Positions 10,188 through 20,848 of a DNA stretch of 64,000 nt are shown piece after piece (within the stretch, counting starts at the first letter, position 1; each line of letters opens with the position of its first letter). Position numbers and translations under genes: made by a program. Origin of the DNA: Spirochaetota bacterium (GTDB lineage Bacteria > Spirochaetota > UBA4802 > UBA5550); the NCBI GenBank assembly GCA_041753395.1, contig JBGSUQ010000029.1, positions 20,482 to 84,481 on the forward strand. The letters run 5' to 3'. The notes beneath the pieces are model-generated. The model was not told the origin of the DNA, searched no databases, and saw only the letters and a list, made by a program, of their open reading frames with translations.

Positions 10188-11099
10188 TCAATATGTATAG
10201 ACAACAGCCAGGCTCGGTCCGAAAAAGACATCGGCGTTGTTTCCGTAGGAATCGCGCACTTTTTTCAGATAATGAAGATACTGCGCGCGGAACCCGGCCG
10301 TGATCGTTACGCCGGCTTGCGCTACATAGTATCCGAAATCGACATTGCAGTTGAAGCCCAGGGCGCCGGCGATCTTAGCATCGTTTTGAAGTGTATACGA
10401 GAGTTTGTAGGGGTTGTTCTCCTCCCACCCGACAAGACCCACCAGCGAGAGGTTTGGCAGGAAGTAAAAGCTTGCGCCGATAGGCACCGTGAAGGCACAG
10501 CCGAACCCCATAGATACCGAATGGTAAACCACGGGAGACGATTTAATGAACAGAAATTTTTCATTATAACGGTATCCCTGGTAGCGTGGACCGAAGAACA
10601 GCCGTGCGAATTTCGCCAGGGTGACCATAACCAGGAGGTCGCTGTCCATTTTTTGCACCGCGAAACGGATCTTCCCGGGTATTAACAAGGAAGATACAGG
10701 AGGAAAATAAATCAGGGCATGCGCATTGGCTATGTACCGGCCATACTGGAAATTCCAGGCAAGGCTCCACCGGTCATTAATGGTGAAGCCCAGCATTGGA
10801 CCGAAAATCGCGTTGGGACCCATCTTGTATTTGAAATCGTCCAATCCATTGTTGACATCTTTTAAGGCCACGTACTTCTGCCACACCGGCTGCCACCAGA
10901 AGCATCCCACTCTGAAGCCGGCGCTAATGTGCCACTGCCGCTTGCCATCGTCAGTGGTGTCTTTCTTCTTTACCTGGTACATTTTCTGCTGCTGCTTTTG
11001 CCCCTGCTTCTGCTGCGCCGCGGCAGGTAGCGGCAGGGAAAGCGCAAACAGCATAAACCCGGCTACACACGCTGCAGATACAGTTGATAATGGTTTCAT
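10188..11099 (-). CDS. Putative outer-membrane beta-barrel protein
   Basis: GGAGGGG RBS, signal peptide, alternating aromatic beta strands, C-terminal VVYTY. Confidence 0.65.
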   Translation of the reverse strand: MKPLSTVSAACVAGFMLFALSLPLPAAAQQKQGQKQQQKMYQVKKKDTTDDGKRQWHISAGFRVGCFWWQPVWQKYVALKDVNNGLDDFKYKMGPNAIFGPMLGFTINDRWSLAWNFQYGRYIANAHALIYFPPVSSLLIPGKIRFAVQKMDSDLLVMVTLAKFARLFFGPRYQGYRYNEKFLFIKSSPVVYHSVSMGFGCAFTVPIGASFYFLPNLSLVGLVGWEENNPYKLSYTLQNDAKIAGALGFNCNVDFGYYVAQAGVTITAGFRAQYLHYLKKVRDSYGNNADVFFGPSLAVVYTY

Positions 11100-11201
11100 G
11101 GTACCCCTCCGAATAATAATATCATTATTTGTTACTAGCATAACAGCTAAAGGATGATACAACTCTCCCCAAAACTGGGATAAGGCGACAGAATGACAGC
11201 A

Positions 11202-11996
11202 TTACAGACTGGGAATGCTCTGAATGTCCTTTGGCGCATCCTGCCTTTTCATCGGAACGGTTTTTACTTTTTTACTTGTTTCAGAATCACTTGTTATCTC
11301 GGTGAATTCCTTTTTCGCTTCCGGGTCGAGTTTATCACTTATTTTTATATCCTTTATTTGTTCCTTGATCTCGGAAATCTCTTTCTGACTTAAGGGCACC
11401 ACTTCCATTTGCTTTTTCCCGGCAATGATCACATTGGCAAGATCTTCGCTCACAATGACCTTCTTGTTCGCTTCAAGCATTTTTTCGATACCCGCCGCCA
11501 ATTTCCCTTCTTTAGCCAGCTGGACAAGAATTTTCCCCTTGAGAACATAAATCCTGGAATCATTAGGATCAGACACGACCATGAAAGAAGTACCCCTGAT
11601 AGCGGCAATCGTTGTCCGGGTTTTGACACTGAAGCCTGATTCTTTTGACAGTTTTGCCATCACCACGAGTATTTTTCCCTTGTCCATGTCAAATTGGACC
11701 TGATCATTTCCGGTTGCTGTCTTCAGTGCCGCCATCCTAACATTGGAATTCTCAGCTATCCTGATTACCCCCCGGGTGCCCACATTAAGATCAACAAACG
11801 ATGATGCTCCGGTAACGATACTGTCATCGTTCGATACCACGTCCCCGGATTTAGCGGCCTTTTCGCCGCCAGAGGATACGATCTTCGTGTCACCGACAGA
11901 AAATTGTACAGTCACAAGAGCTTCTACCGGCTTTTTACATGTCGGGAGCACCATTATTGCCGCCAGCAGCGCCAGTATAAAAACACGTTTTTTCAT
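11202..11996 (-). CDS. FecR-domain lipoprotein (LipL45-like)
   Basis: MKKRVFILALLAAIMVLPTC lipoprotein signal; IRIAENS, VKTRTTIAAIRGTSFMV, VLKGKI FecR motifs. Confidence 0.8.
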   Translation of the reverse strand: MKKRVFILALLAAIMVLPTCKKPVEALVTVQFSVGDTKIVSSGGEKAAKSGDVVSNDDSIVTGASSFVDLNVGTRGVIRIAENSNVRMAALKTATGNDQVQFDMDKGKILVVMAKLSKESGFSVKTRTTIAAIRGTSFMVVSDPNDSRIYVLKGKILVQLAKEGKLAAGIEKMLEANKKVIVSEDLANVIIAGKKQMEVVPLSQKEISEIKEQIKDIKISDKLDPEAKKEFTEITSDSETSKKVKTVPMKRQDAPKDIQSIPSL

Positions 11997-12779
11997 ATAT
12001 TCCCCTCCCTGATTTGAAATTATTTTTCCAATACTAATTATTAATAAAATCCGGGAAACGACTCGCTGCATCTTCTTGCAGCTCTTTATATATGTATATA
12101 AAAATAACGGCGAACTTAAATATCAAGTACAAAAAACGTATTTCATCATATAAAAAAATTGTTCCCCATTGGCCGGTACCGATGACGGAAGAATAATTTT
12201 TCTATCAACTCTGGAATATATCTTCCATCAATAACATAAAATTCAGGGTAATCTTCTCCAAATCAACAGAAGGTTTGCCCTGCCCGGGGAGCAGGAAAGG
12301 ACGTTATCGCCCCCTCGGCAACGTCTATTTTTTTATGGGAACGTTTGGCAGTTCCATTTAAGACCGGGGCGTTATCCTGCAGCCATAATCCAGGCAAATT
12401 GGAAGATTTTTCATTCATTAACTGCTGCGGAGTGGTTTAAAGCTATACAGTGACGCAATGCAAATCTTCCGTGATATCTATTTATCAATAATGAAAATCA
12501 CAGCGGTTTAAATTATCAGAAGAGATGATACCTTCTTGACAAAAACAACCCTTCTGTTCCATTGTCAATTATCAGCTGATTAAATTTGCAGGATGCCCGA
12601 CCCGGGATTCAAAGACAAATAAGCCATCTATCCGGAATACTTTCTTTTATATGATAAAATCTTATCTTTCCCGCTGCACTCAAGAATAATCCTAAAAATT
12701 ATCCGGAAAATGACAATTCAGAGAATATTAGGCTTGAGTTATTGATCACAAAATGAAATAAAGTAACCAGAGGTTATTG

Positions 12780-13853
12780 ATGGAAAATAAAAATGTATTC
12801 ATAGGGAATTTGGACTTTGCGGTAACAGAAGAAGAGCTTAAAACTCTTTTATCCGATTACGGCACAGTGGTTAATATAAAGATCCAGAAGAAGAAAGGCT
12901 GTGCCTTTATCGAGATGTCTGATGAAGCAGAGGCCGCACTGGCTATTGAGAAACTTAACGGCACCATGTTTAAAGACCGGGAAGTCCGCATCAGCCTAGA
13001 AATAAAAGCCAACAAAGCCAAAGCTTTATCAATCAAAAAATATAATGAACGTGTGGAGAGTTTTTCCAGACAAAAGATAATTGATAACCCGGATAACGAA
13101 CCGCGAAATGAAACCGATTCAAATTCCGTGAAAGTTGAATCACATGATAAAAATTCAGGTTTTGAAGATAGACCCATACATAAACACAAGAAAAACAGAA
13201 CCGCGGCTCATAGACCGGGCGTTTCCCTGCATCCTCAAAGAAAAGAATGGTCCCCTGACAAACCGGCATACTCAAAAAGAGCTCCACGGGATAGTCAAAA
13301 ATCCGGCCATGGCGGATCTCCCGAACATGAAACGAATTACAACCGGGAAAAGTTCCATAGCCCAGATGAGAGACCGCCGAGAAATTATTCGCGGGGAAGA
13401 TCCGACGCTCCTCACCCCCAAAGAAAAGTATGGTCACCTGATAAACCGGCATACTCAAAAAGAGCTCCACGGGATAGTCAAAAATCCGGCCATGGCAGAT
13501 CTCCCGAACATGAAACGAATTACAACCGGGAAAAGTTCCACAGCCCGGATGAGAGACCGCCAAGAAATTATTCGCGGGGAAGATCCGACGCTCCGCATCC
13601 TCAAAGAAAAGAATGGTCCCCTGACAGACCGGGATACTCAAGCAGGCCTTCAGGTCCATCACGACAGCCTGGCGCCAGAACACGTGATGATTCCAAACCA
13701 CGTTCATCGGGCGGTTCGCAGAATAGATACCCTTCATCCTCCAGGCCGCAATCGGGCTCCCGCGGAAAAAACAAATCAGCGAACTCTGCAAGACCGAAAG
13801 CACGGGATGGCGCTGGAAATAGAGACCGGAACAACCGGCCGAAGAGAGACTGA
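12780..13853 (+). CDS. RRM RNA-binding protein with long disordered repeat tail
   Basis: RNP2 VFIGNL and RNP1 KGCAFIEM; about 270-aa R/S/P/G-rich tail. Confidence 0.88.
   Translation: MENKNVFIGNLDFAVTEEELKTLLSDYGTVVNIKIQKKKGCAFIEMSDEAEAALAIEKLNGTMFKDREVRISLEIKANKAKALSIKKYNERVESFSRQKIIDNPDNEPRNETDSNSVKVESHDKNSGFEDRPIHKHKKNRTAAHRPGVSLHPQRKEWSPDKPAYSKRAPRDSQKSGHGGSPEHETNYNREKFHSPDERPPRNYSRGRSDAPHPQRKVWSPDKPAYSKRAPRDSQKSGHGRSPEHETNYNREKFHSPDERPPRNYSRGRSDAPHPQRKEWSPDRPGYSSRPSGPSRQPGARTRDDSKPRSSGGSQNRYPSSSRPQSGSRGKNKSANSARPKARDGAGNRDRNNRPKRD
13230..13640 (+). repeat. 183-bp (61-codon) in-frame tandem repeat, 2 full copies plus a partial third
   Basis: Units start at 13230, 13413 and 13596 (HPQRK.WSPD..). 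Confidence 0.95.
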
Positions 13854-13981
13854 TTGTCCGGGAAATTGAAATAATACAGGTTAATGCTGTAAGATTTTCC
13901 TGACCCTGAAACTCTTTGCTATCAAAATAAAAGAAATGCATAAAACGAGCGACAATAAACTCGGATTAAGGTTCTGCTACC

Positions 13982-15331
13982 TTGAAAAAACCGGCAGTTA
14001 AACTGAAAAAGATCGAAAAAGAAGAAAGATACCGGGATATCCTCGAAAATATTCACGATGGATGCTTTGAATTAGATCTTGCGGGTAACTTTACTTTTTT
14101 CAACAATTCAGTATGCCGTATTCTCGGATATTCCAGTGAAGAATTAATGGGAATGAATTACCGGCATTATACAGACAAAGAAACCACAAAAAAAGTTTTC
14201 CAGGTATTCAACCAGGCATACAGGACCGGTGAATCCGACGAAGGATTCGATTGGCTGATCATAAGAAAGGATGGCGCTAAAAGATATATCGAGGCATCAG
14301 TATCCTTGCGAAAAGATATATCAAATGCACCCATGGGTTTTAGATGCATTGTACGCGACACAACCGATCGCAAACTGATGGAAGAAAGATATAGAAGCAT
14401 TTTTGAAAATGCACAGGAAGGCATTTACCAGTCAACGCCGGAAGGGAGATTCATCATTGCCAATCAGTCCATGGCGCGAATTCTCGGATACGATTCTCCT
14501 GAAGACCTTGTCGCCGGCATGACCGATATCGCCCACCAGCTCTATGTCGATCCGGAGGAACGCAAGAATGTCATCGGAATAATAGAACAATATGGTTTTG
14601 CAAGAAACCGTGAAGTCCAGTTCTACAGGAAGGATGGAAGCATAATCTGGGCTTCCCGGACAATGCAAGTGGTTCGTGATGAGAAAGGACAAACGCTGTA
14701 TTACGAGGGGATTGTCGAGGACATCACGGAAAGGAAAGAAAGTATTGAACGTTTGAGAAATGCCCTTGGAGGAACCGTCCAGGCCCTGGCCTCCATGGCT
14801 GAATCAAGAGATCCATACACTGCCGGCCATCAGCGCAGCGTGTCTAATCTTACCCGTGCCATAGCAGCAGAAATGGATCTCCCGATTGATCGTATCGAAG
14901 GTCTCCGCGTGGCTGCCATCATCCACGATATAGGGAAGATATCCGTTCCGGCTGATATTCTTAACAAGCCGGGGAAACTGACAAATATTGAATTCAGTCT
15001 CATTAAAGCCCATTCTCAATGCGGGTACGATATACTTAAGGATATTAACTTCCCCTGGCCTGTTGCGAGGATGGTCATTGAGCACCATGAAAGGATGGAT
15101 GGCTCTGGCTATCCGCAAAACCTTAATGGAGAAGATATTCTTCTTGAGTCCCGAATACTGGGTATCGCCGATGTTGTTGAAGCCATATCCTCACACCGTC
15201 CATATCGTCCGGCACTGGGAATCGATATCGCTCTGGATGAAATTTCAAGGAACAGAGGCATCCTTTATGACGCAAATGTTGTGGATGCCTGTCTTAGATT
15301 ATTCCACGAGAAAGACTTCACTTTACGTTAG
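13982..15331 (+). CDS. PAS-PAS-HD-GYP c-di-GMP phosphodiesterase
   Basis: RDPYTAGHQ, HDIGK, HHERMDGSGYP, HRPYR motifs; start codon uncertain (TTG). Confidence 0.92.
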   Translation: MKKPAVKLKKIEKEERYRDILENIHDGCFELDLAGNFTFFNNSVCRILGYSSEELMGMNYRHYTDKETTKKVFQVFNQAYRTGESDEGFDWLIIRKDGAKRYIEASVSLRKDISNAPMGFRCIVRDTTDRKLMEERYRSIFENAQEGIYQSTPEGRFIIANQSMARILGYDSPEDLVAGMTDIAHQLYVDPEERKNVIGIIEQYGFARNREVQFYRKDGSIIWASRTMQVVRDEKGQTLYYEGIVEDITERKESIERLRNALGGTVQALASMAESRDPYTAGHQRSVSNLTRAIAAEMDLPIDRIEGLRVAAIIHDIGKISVPADILNKPGKLTNIEFSLIKAHSQCGYDILKDINFPWPVARMVIEHHERMDGSGYPQNLNGEDILLESRILGIADVVEAISSHRPYRPALGIDIALDEISRNRGILYDANVVDACLRLFHEKDFTLR

Positions 15332-15637
15332 CGAAATTGTGCTGAGAACGGCAAACTGCGCTCCATGTAATACTTGATGTTTTTTCAAAGTGTTTCTTCC
15401 CGTAATTATTACCGCAGATATTTTCTCCGGGTATTGCCGGACTCAAACCAGGGTCCCTGGAGAATTAGCCATTAACAGTCATGGCATTTTCGGTAGACCA
15501 GATTTCGATAAATTAAAATTTGTACTGATGCATTATATAAAAATATGTATTGACTTATAAATTTTCATTTGACGTTCATATTAATTTCAAAATATTAAAA
15601 ATCCAAGCAATTCTTAATCATACATTTGAGGGATATT

Positions 15638-16429
15638 ATGGAAGTAATAATAGCAAAAAATTATGATGAAATGAGCAGAATATCAGCTGAAATTATTGCA
15701 GGGGAAGTTAAAAAAAGGTTTGATCTGACTCTTGGGCTCGCGACAGGAGACACCCCGGTTGGCACCTATAAAGAGCTGGTCAAGCTTTATAAAGAAGAAG
15801 GCCTGGACTTTTCAAAAATTACAACATTCAATCTTGACGAATATGTCGGCCTCGCACCTCTTCATGAAAATAGTTACAACCATTTCATGAAGGAAAACCT
15901 GTTTAAACACGTAAATATTAATCCTTCCAAGGTATTCGTTCCTCAAGGAAATACCAATGATCCCGAGATTTTTTGTGAATGGTATGAAAATAAAATCAAA
16001 GAGGCCGGCGGCATTGATCTGCAGATCCTCGGCATTGGGAGAGACGGACATATCGCTTTTAACGAACCAGGATCGTCCTTTGCAAGCCGAACAAGGGTAA
16101 AAGGACTATACAAGGAAACCATAGAAGATAACGCAAGGTTTTTTAAAAAAGAGGAAGATGTCCCACGGTTCGCCATTACCATGGGTATCGGGACAATATT
16201 GGAGTCGAAAAAAATATTGCTGATCGCCAATGGCAAGAGAAAAGCCGAAGTTTGCGCGAAATTCATCGAAGGCCCTGTTACCTCCATGATCACGGCATCG
16301 GCGTTACAACTGCATTGCCATGCCACCGTTGTCCTTGACGAAGAGGCGGCATCCATGCTTACCCGTACAGAGTATTACAACTGGGTCCGTGACAACAAAA
16401 AACTTGTGCAGAAAAAGATCGGCCGTTAA
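15638..16429 (+). CDS. nagB: Glucosamine-6-phosphate deaminase
   Basis: LGLATGDTP, FNLDEYVGL, LGIGRDGHIAFNEPGSS, AITMGIGTI, ASALQLH. Confidence 0.96.
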   Translation: MEVIIAKNYDEMSRISAEIIAGEVKKRFDLTLGLATGDTPVGTYKELVKLYKEEGLDFSKITTFNLDEYVGLAPLHENSYNHFMKENLFKHVNINPSKVFVPQGNTNDPEIFCEWYENKIKEAGGIDLQILGIGRDGHIAFNEPGSSFASRTRVKGLYKETIEDNARFFKKEEDVPRFAITMGIGTILESKKILLIANGKRKAEVCAKFIEGPVTSMITASALQLHCHATVVLDEEAASMLTRTEYYNWVRDNKKLVQKKIGR

Positions 16430-16459
16430 CAGTATGCCGCAAACTGACAAGAGATAACA

Positions 16460-18379
16460 ATGTCACAAGAAAATGATACTATGACAGGCAATATTCTGGA
16501 AGAATCCGCTTTTCTAAAAAGCATTGAATTGTTAAAAATCAAACAATTTAAAAGCAGGCTTTTAAAAGATAATGTCAGAAAATTGCGCGAAAAAGAAATT
16601 GAACAATTAAAAATACAGGGCAATTTCTCCGAAGATTGGGGCGCCATACTGGTTGCGGATGATTTTATACCTGCCTGCATATTTCACAGCATCTTTCAGG
16701 GAACATGCTGTCTCGGAACATACTCAATGACCCGTGTCGTAATAGATGAATCAACCAGTCTTCCCGCAGGTATTTATCGGAGTACCATTGTTAATTCGGA
16801 AATAGGAAACGGATGCGTTATTCATGACGCGGGAGTTGTCTCCAACTGCGTGGTGAACGAAGGGGCGATACTCATAAAGAACGGGTCGATATCCGCGTCA
16901 GATTCCTGCACCTTCGGCAACGGAGTTGAAATAGCCGTCGGCAATGAAACGGGAGGAAGAGAGATTTTATCCTACGCTGACTTGACGATCCCGGTGGCGG
17001 AGGCAGTCGCAAAAAAAAGAGCCGATAAAGTTTTTTTAAACGAATACAAGGCGTTTATAGATCGTTATGTTGCGAAATGCACCTCTCCAGCGGGGTATAT
17101 CGGGAAAAATGCGATTGTCCGAAATACTGCCACTATTGAAGATACGTATATCGGCGACGATGTCGTTGTCATCGGGGCCTTGCTCATCAAAAACTGCACG
17201 CTCCTTGCAACCCCTGAAGAGAAGACTGAAATCAGCCATGGCGCATACGTAAAAGATTCATGCGTACAATGGGGCAGCGAAGTCACCTCCATGGCCATTG
17301 TTGAAAAATCAATTCTCTGCGAACATTCACATGTCGAGCGTCATGGCAAGGTGACCATGAGCATAATCGGGCCAAACACCGGCATCGCGGAGGGTGAAGT
17401 GACATCGTGCCTCCTCGGCCCCTTTGTCGGCTTTCACCATCAGGCAATGCTCATTGCCGGGATATGGCCTGAAGGCAAGGGCAATATTGCATACGGCGCC
17501 AATATCGGCTCCAATCACACCTCGAAGTCCCCTGACCAGGAGATATGGTGCGGCGAAGGCCTGTTTTTCGGTCTCGGCACGAATATCAAGTTCCCATCCG
17601 ATTTCAGGAACGCGCCGTATTCGATTATCGCGACCGGGGTTGACACCCTTCCGCAGAAGGTTGAATTTCCTTTTTCCCTGATAAACAAACCGGCTGCACA
17701 GGAGTCCGGAATACCACCCTCGTATAACGAGTTATTCCCCGGGTGGGTGCTCTCACAAAACATTTATTCAGTGAGAAGAAATGAAGGCAAGTACAAGAAA
17801 CGGAACAAAGCCCGCAGGTCCGAATTTGTTTTCGCGGTATTCAGGCCGGAGATAATCGATATGATGATCAGTGCTCGGGACAGGCTGAAAAGCATCGGTT
17901 CCGTGAAAAAGGTTTACACGAACGAGAATATTCCCGGGATCGGCAAAAACTTTTTGTCCGATCAGAGCAGAAAGTCAGGAATCGAGGCGTATGAATTATA
18001 TATCGGGTATTATGCCCTGACCCAGCTGCTGAATCGCATATCCTCTATACAGGCAAAGAAAGCAACCAGTGCTCTCGATGGGATCTACGATGAAAAGACG
18101 AATGACCACGAATGGGAATATGCCCGGAAGGTTATCGCCAGTGAGGGATACCGCGACAGAAGCCTCAAAGACAACCTGTTGCGTCTCATCGACATACTCA
18201 GCACTATCTCGGCCGACACGCTCAGGTCAAAGGAACGCGATGACGAAAGAGGAATAAAGATAATCCCTGACTACACGGTCGTCAACACCCTCGCGGATGA
18301 TGATTCATTCATTAAAGAAACCATCAAAGAGACCGCAAATCTGATAGGCCGGATAGAAAGCATTATCACAAATATCTGA
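16460..18379 (+). CDS. DUF4954-family protein (beta-helix-like)
   Basis: LREKEIEQLKIQGNFSEDW, VGNETGGREI, GPFVGFHHQAMLI, YGANIGSNHT, PFSLI. Confidence 0.75.
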   Translation: MSQENDTMTGNILEESAFLKSIELLKIKQFKSRLLKDNVRKLREKEIEQLKIQGNFSEDWGAILVADDFIPACIFHSIFQGTCCLGTYSMTRVVIDESTSLPAGIYRSTIVNSEIGNGCVIHDAGVVSNCVVNEGAILIKNGSISASDSCTFGNGVEIAVGNETGGREILSYADLTIPVAEAVAKKRADKVFLNEYKAFIDRYVAKCTSPAGYIGKNAIVRNTATIEDTYIGDDVVVIGALLIKNCTLLATPEEKTEISHGAYVKDSCVQWGSEVTSMAIVEKSILCEHSHVERHGKVTMSIIGPNTGIAEGEVTSCLLGPFVGFHHQAMLIAGIWPEGKGNIAYGANIGSNHTSKSPDQEIWCGEGLFFGLGTNIKFPSDFRNAPYSIIATGVDTLPQKVEFPFSLINKPAAQESGIPPSYNELFPGWVLSQNIYSVRRNEGKYKKRNKARRSEFVFAVFRPEIIDMMISARDRLKSIGSVKKVYTNENIPGIGKNFLSDQSRKSGIEAYELYIGYYALTQLLNRISSIQAKKATSALDGIYDEKTNDHEWEYARKVIASEGYRDRSLKDNLLRLIDILSTISADTLRSKERDDERGIKIIPDYTVVNTLADDDSFIKETIKETANLIGRIESIITNI

Positions 18380-18409
18380 AAGGACCTTCTTGGGTATATC
18401 AACAGCCCG

Positions 18410-18445
18410 TCAAACCCGCCTGTAAAACAGGCGGGTTTGAATTTA
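18410..18445. terminator. Hairpin between convergent genes (probable intrinsic terminator)
   Basis: TCAAACCCGCCTGT-AAA-ACAGGCGGGTTTGA, perfect 14-bp stem. Confidence 0.8.
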
Positions 18446-18480
18446 TAATACAAAAAAGATTGAAAAGGGGATTTACAAAT

Positions 18481-19137
18481 CTATCGCCCATGACCTCCTT
18501 TATCGTCCCTGTCTTTTTTTTCTCCCCTGCCTCCTCTATCACCACTGTCTTTTATTGGTTTTTCTTTAAACCGGGAATCATCGGGCCGATATTTCTTTTC
18601 TTGTTTCTTTTCTCTTTGCAGCTGCCGCTTTTTTTCCTTCAGTTTCTGCTTCTGTATTTTCTTCTGCTTCTGAGGTTTTAAGCCTTTAACATACCAGGTC
18701 CCCTGTTTTTCCCAATGCCGGTCTTTTTCCCATCTGCTCCAATGCTTCTCGAGATCCTGGTGCGGTATTCTTTTATACTCCCAGGACTTCCCGCCCCAGC
18801 GGCGATCCCTGTAATTATTCCTCCAACCCGGCGATACACGTTTATAAAAGGATGGGATGCTTTTATAATGAGTCCATTTCTGATTGTAATTGCGCGATTG
18901 ATACCATCTGCCTTCCCACAGGCGCCACCATAAACCATTCCAGAAAAAGAGGTCGTCAGCAATATCAGGGTCAACTTAAACATACGTCTCCGGTATTACT
19001 ACAACATTTGGCGGAGCGATAAATTCAATGGGCGGCGGCAGAAAAATATTAATATTAACATCCACCTCTGCCATCGATGGAATGGGAACGACAGCTACCA
19101 TGGCTAAAAGCATTGTTCCTAAAAACAATCTTTTCAT
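18481..19137 (-). pseudogene. Secreted Trp/Arg-rich protein interrupted by one in-frame TAA (18976-18978)
   Basis: AAGGAGG RBS; MKRLFLGTMLLAMVAVVPIPSMA-EVDVNINIFLPPPIEFIAPPNVVVIPETYV*VDPDIADDLFFWNGLWWRLWEGRWY...GGHGR*; 657 nt in a single frame. Confidence 0.85.
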
Positions 19138-19360
19138 TTCAAACCTCCTTCATGTGCACCTGATTTTTTAAAAAAACATCTTGTTCGGTACTTTAAAGTA
19201 TGATTATAAAATTTTTGAAATTATCTCACGATACCAAAAATCAATCTCCTGTTAAGAGTATTGCGTATCACTGTTTCGTGGAAGATCAACCGAAAAAATG
19301 CTTGATGGTAATCTCCCCCGATACTGATAATGCTGTATATCATGAAAAAACAGGCGTCCT

Positions 19361-20848
19361 ATGAAAGAAAGATCATATTACCAGGCTTTATTTGAACCAC
19401 GGGGAATCGTGTTTATCGGCGCGTCAACCAATGTGACAAAATGGGGATTTAACATCCTTCACCATCTCATCAAGGGCAACTTCACCGGCGGCATTTACCC
19501 GGTAAACCCCCGGGGAGGGACCTGGTTCGGCAGGGAGATGTATAAAAACCTGGCTGAAGTTCCCCGCCCCGTCGACCTGGCGGTAATTGTCGTACCCAAG
19601 GAACTGGTACCCAATACAATGCGCGAATGCGCAGCTGCCGGTATACGAGCGGTCGTGATAATAACCGCTGGTTTCAGCGAAACGGACACGGCAGGCACCG
19701 CACTGGAGCGTGAAGTGGTTGCCATCGCGCGCGACAGCGGCATTCGCATCGTGGGTCCGAATACCATGGGCGTCTTCAGTGCCTATCCATTGCCGGTGCA
19801 GTCAGTCATGATGTCATCGACGATCAAACAGGGAAGTGTTGCCATTGTTTCACAGAGCGGCAACCTGGGAACCTCGATCACATACCGTTTTACCCGCCGG
19901 GATATCGGAATCAGCCGCCTCGTCAGCTCCGGCAATGAAGCCGACCTGAAAATCGAGGATTACCTGGAATATCTCGAAACGGATGACCATACTCGGATAA
20001 TCTGCCTGTATATTGAGGGGCTGCGTCAGGGACGCCGTTTTCTGGAAATCGCCCGGCGAGTCGCCCTCAAAAAACCGATCATCCTCCTCAAGGGCGGCAC
20101 CGGGGCCACCGGCGCGAGCGCGGCCATGTCTCACACGGGAGCGATGGCGGGAAGCTGTAAGGTTTTTAACTCCATGTGCCGACAGGCAAACATCATCCCG
20201 GCTGCAACCATCGACGAGATGGCTGATATTGCCGGTCTGATACTCTCACAGCCCGAGTTCACCGGGAAGCGTATCGGAATCGTCACCCAGGGGGGCGGAT
20301 GGGGCGTCTTGTCGGCCGATCTGTGCGAGGAGGCTGGTCTTGAGCTCCCTCCCCTTGAAGAGCGTGTCGTAGCCGAGCTTGACACATTCCTTCCAGCCTT
20401 CTGGAGCAGGCGCAACCCCATAGACCTGGTGGCCCCCGGCAGGATATCCATGGTTACCGATACCATCGAGGCCCTTATGGAGCACTCCGACATGGACGCC
20501 ATACTGCTTCTTGGGCTGGGCTACATGACCGCCCGGGCTCGGCGATGGCTCGATTCGCCCGTGCTTCCCCGCGAGACCATGGAGCAGCCGGCTCAAAAGA
20601 TGATCGACGGCGAGATGGAGCTTCTGGACATGGTAGTAAAACAGATCCGACATTTTAAAAAACCGATCATTCCGGTCATCGACACGGTCGCATTTGACGA
20701 GCCCGCTGCGGGCAATATCGTAAAGCACCTGGACCGGGAGGGAGTCATGGCCTATTCATCGCCTGAGCAGGCCATCAGGGCCCTGGCCAGTGCTCAGGAT
20801 TATTTTCGGAAAAGGCGCACACGGGCAGACGGACAGGCGATGCCTTGA
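19361..20848 (+). CDS. Acyl-CoA synthetase (NDP-forming) alpha subunit / CoA-binding protein
   Basis: IGAS, YPVNP, IITAGFSE, VGPNTMG, SQSGNLG, GNEADL, SHTGAMAG (phospho-His), NPIDL. Confidence 0.9.
   Translation: MKERSYYQALFEPRGIVFIGASTNVTKWGFNILHHLIKGNFTGGIYPVNPRGGTWFGREMYKNLAEVPRPVDLAVIVVPKELVPNTMRECAAAGIRAVVIITAGFSETDTAGTALEREVVAIARDSGIRIVGPNTMGVFSAYPLPVQSVMMSSTIKQGSVAIVSQSGNLGTSITYRFTRRDIGISRLVSSGNEADLKIEDYLEYLETDDHTRIICLYIEGLRQGRRFLEIARRVALKKPIILLKGGTGATGASAAMSHTGAMAGSCKVFNSMCRQANIIPAATIDEMADIAGLILSQPEFTGKRIGIVTQGGGWGVLSADLCEEAGLELPPLEERVVAELDTFLPAFWSRRNPIDLVAPGRISMVTDTIEALMEHSDMDAILLLGLGYMTARARRWLDSPVLPRETMEQPAQKMIDGEMELLDMVVKQIRHFKKPIIPVIDTVAFDEPAAGNIVKHLDREGVMAYSSPEQAIRALASAQDYFRKRRTRADGQAMP

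Noticed and set aside
12100-12530. Possible gene remnant or ncRNA in a long intergenic region
   Set aside because: Short coding-like stretch on the minus strand with stops; no family or stable structure recognisable
13230-13640. Possible CRISPR array or mobile repeat
   Set aside because: Contiguous 183-bp in-frame coding repeats with no spacers and no cas genes
13033-13941. 302-aa antisense and 244-aa alternate-frame ORFs over the RRM gene
   Set aside because: Shadows of the repetitive coding tail with no recognisable motifs
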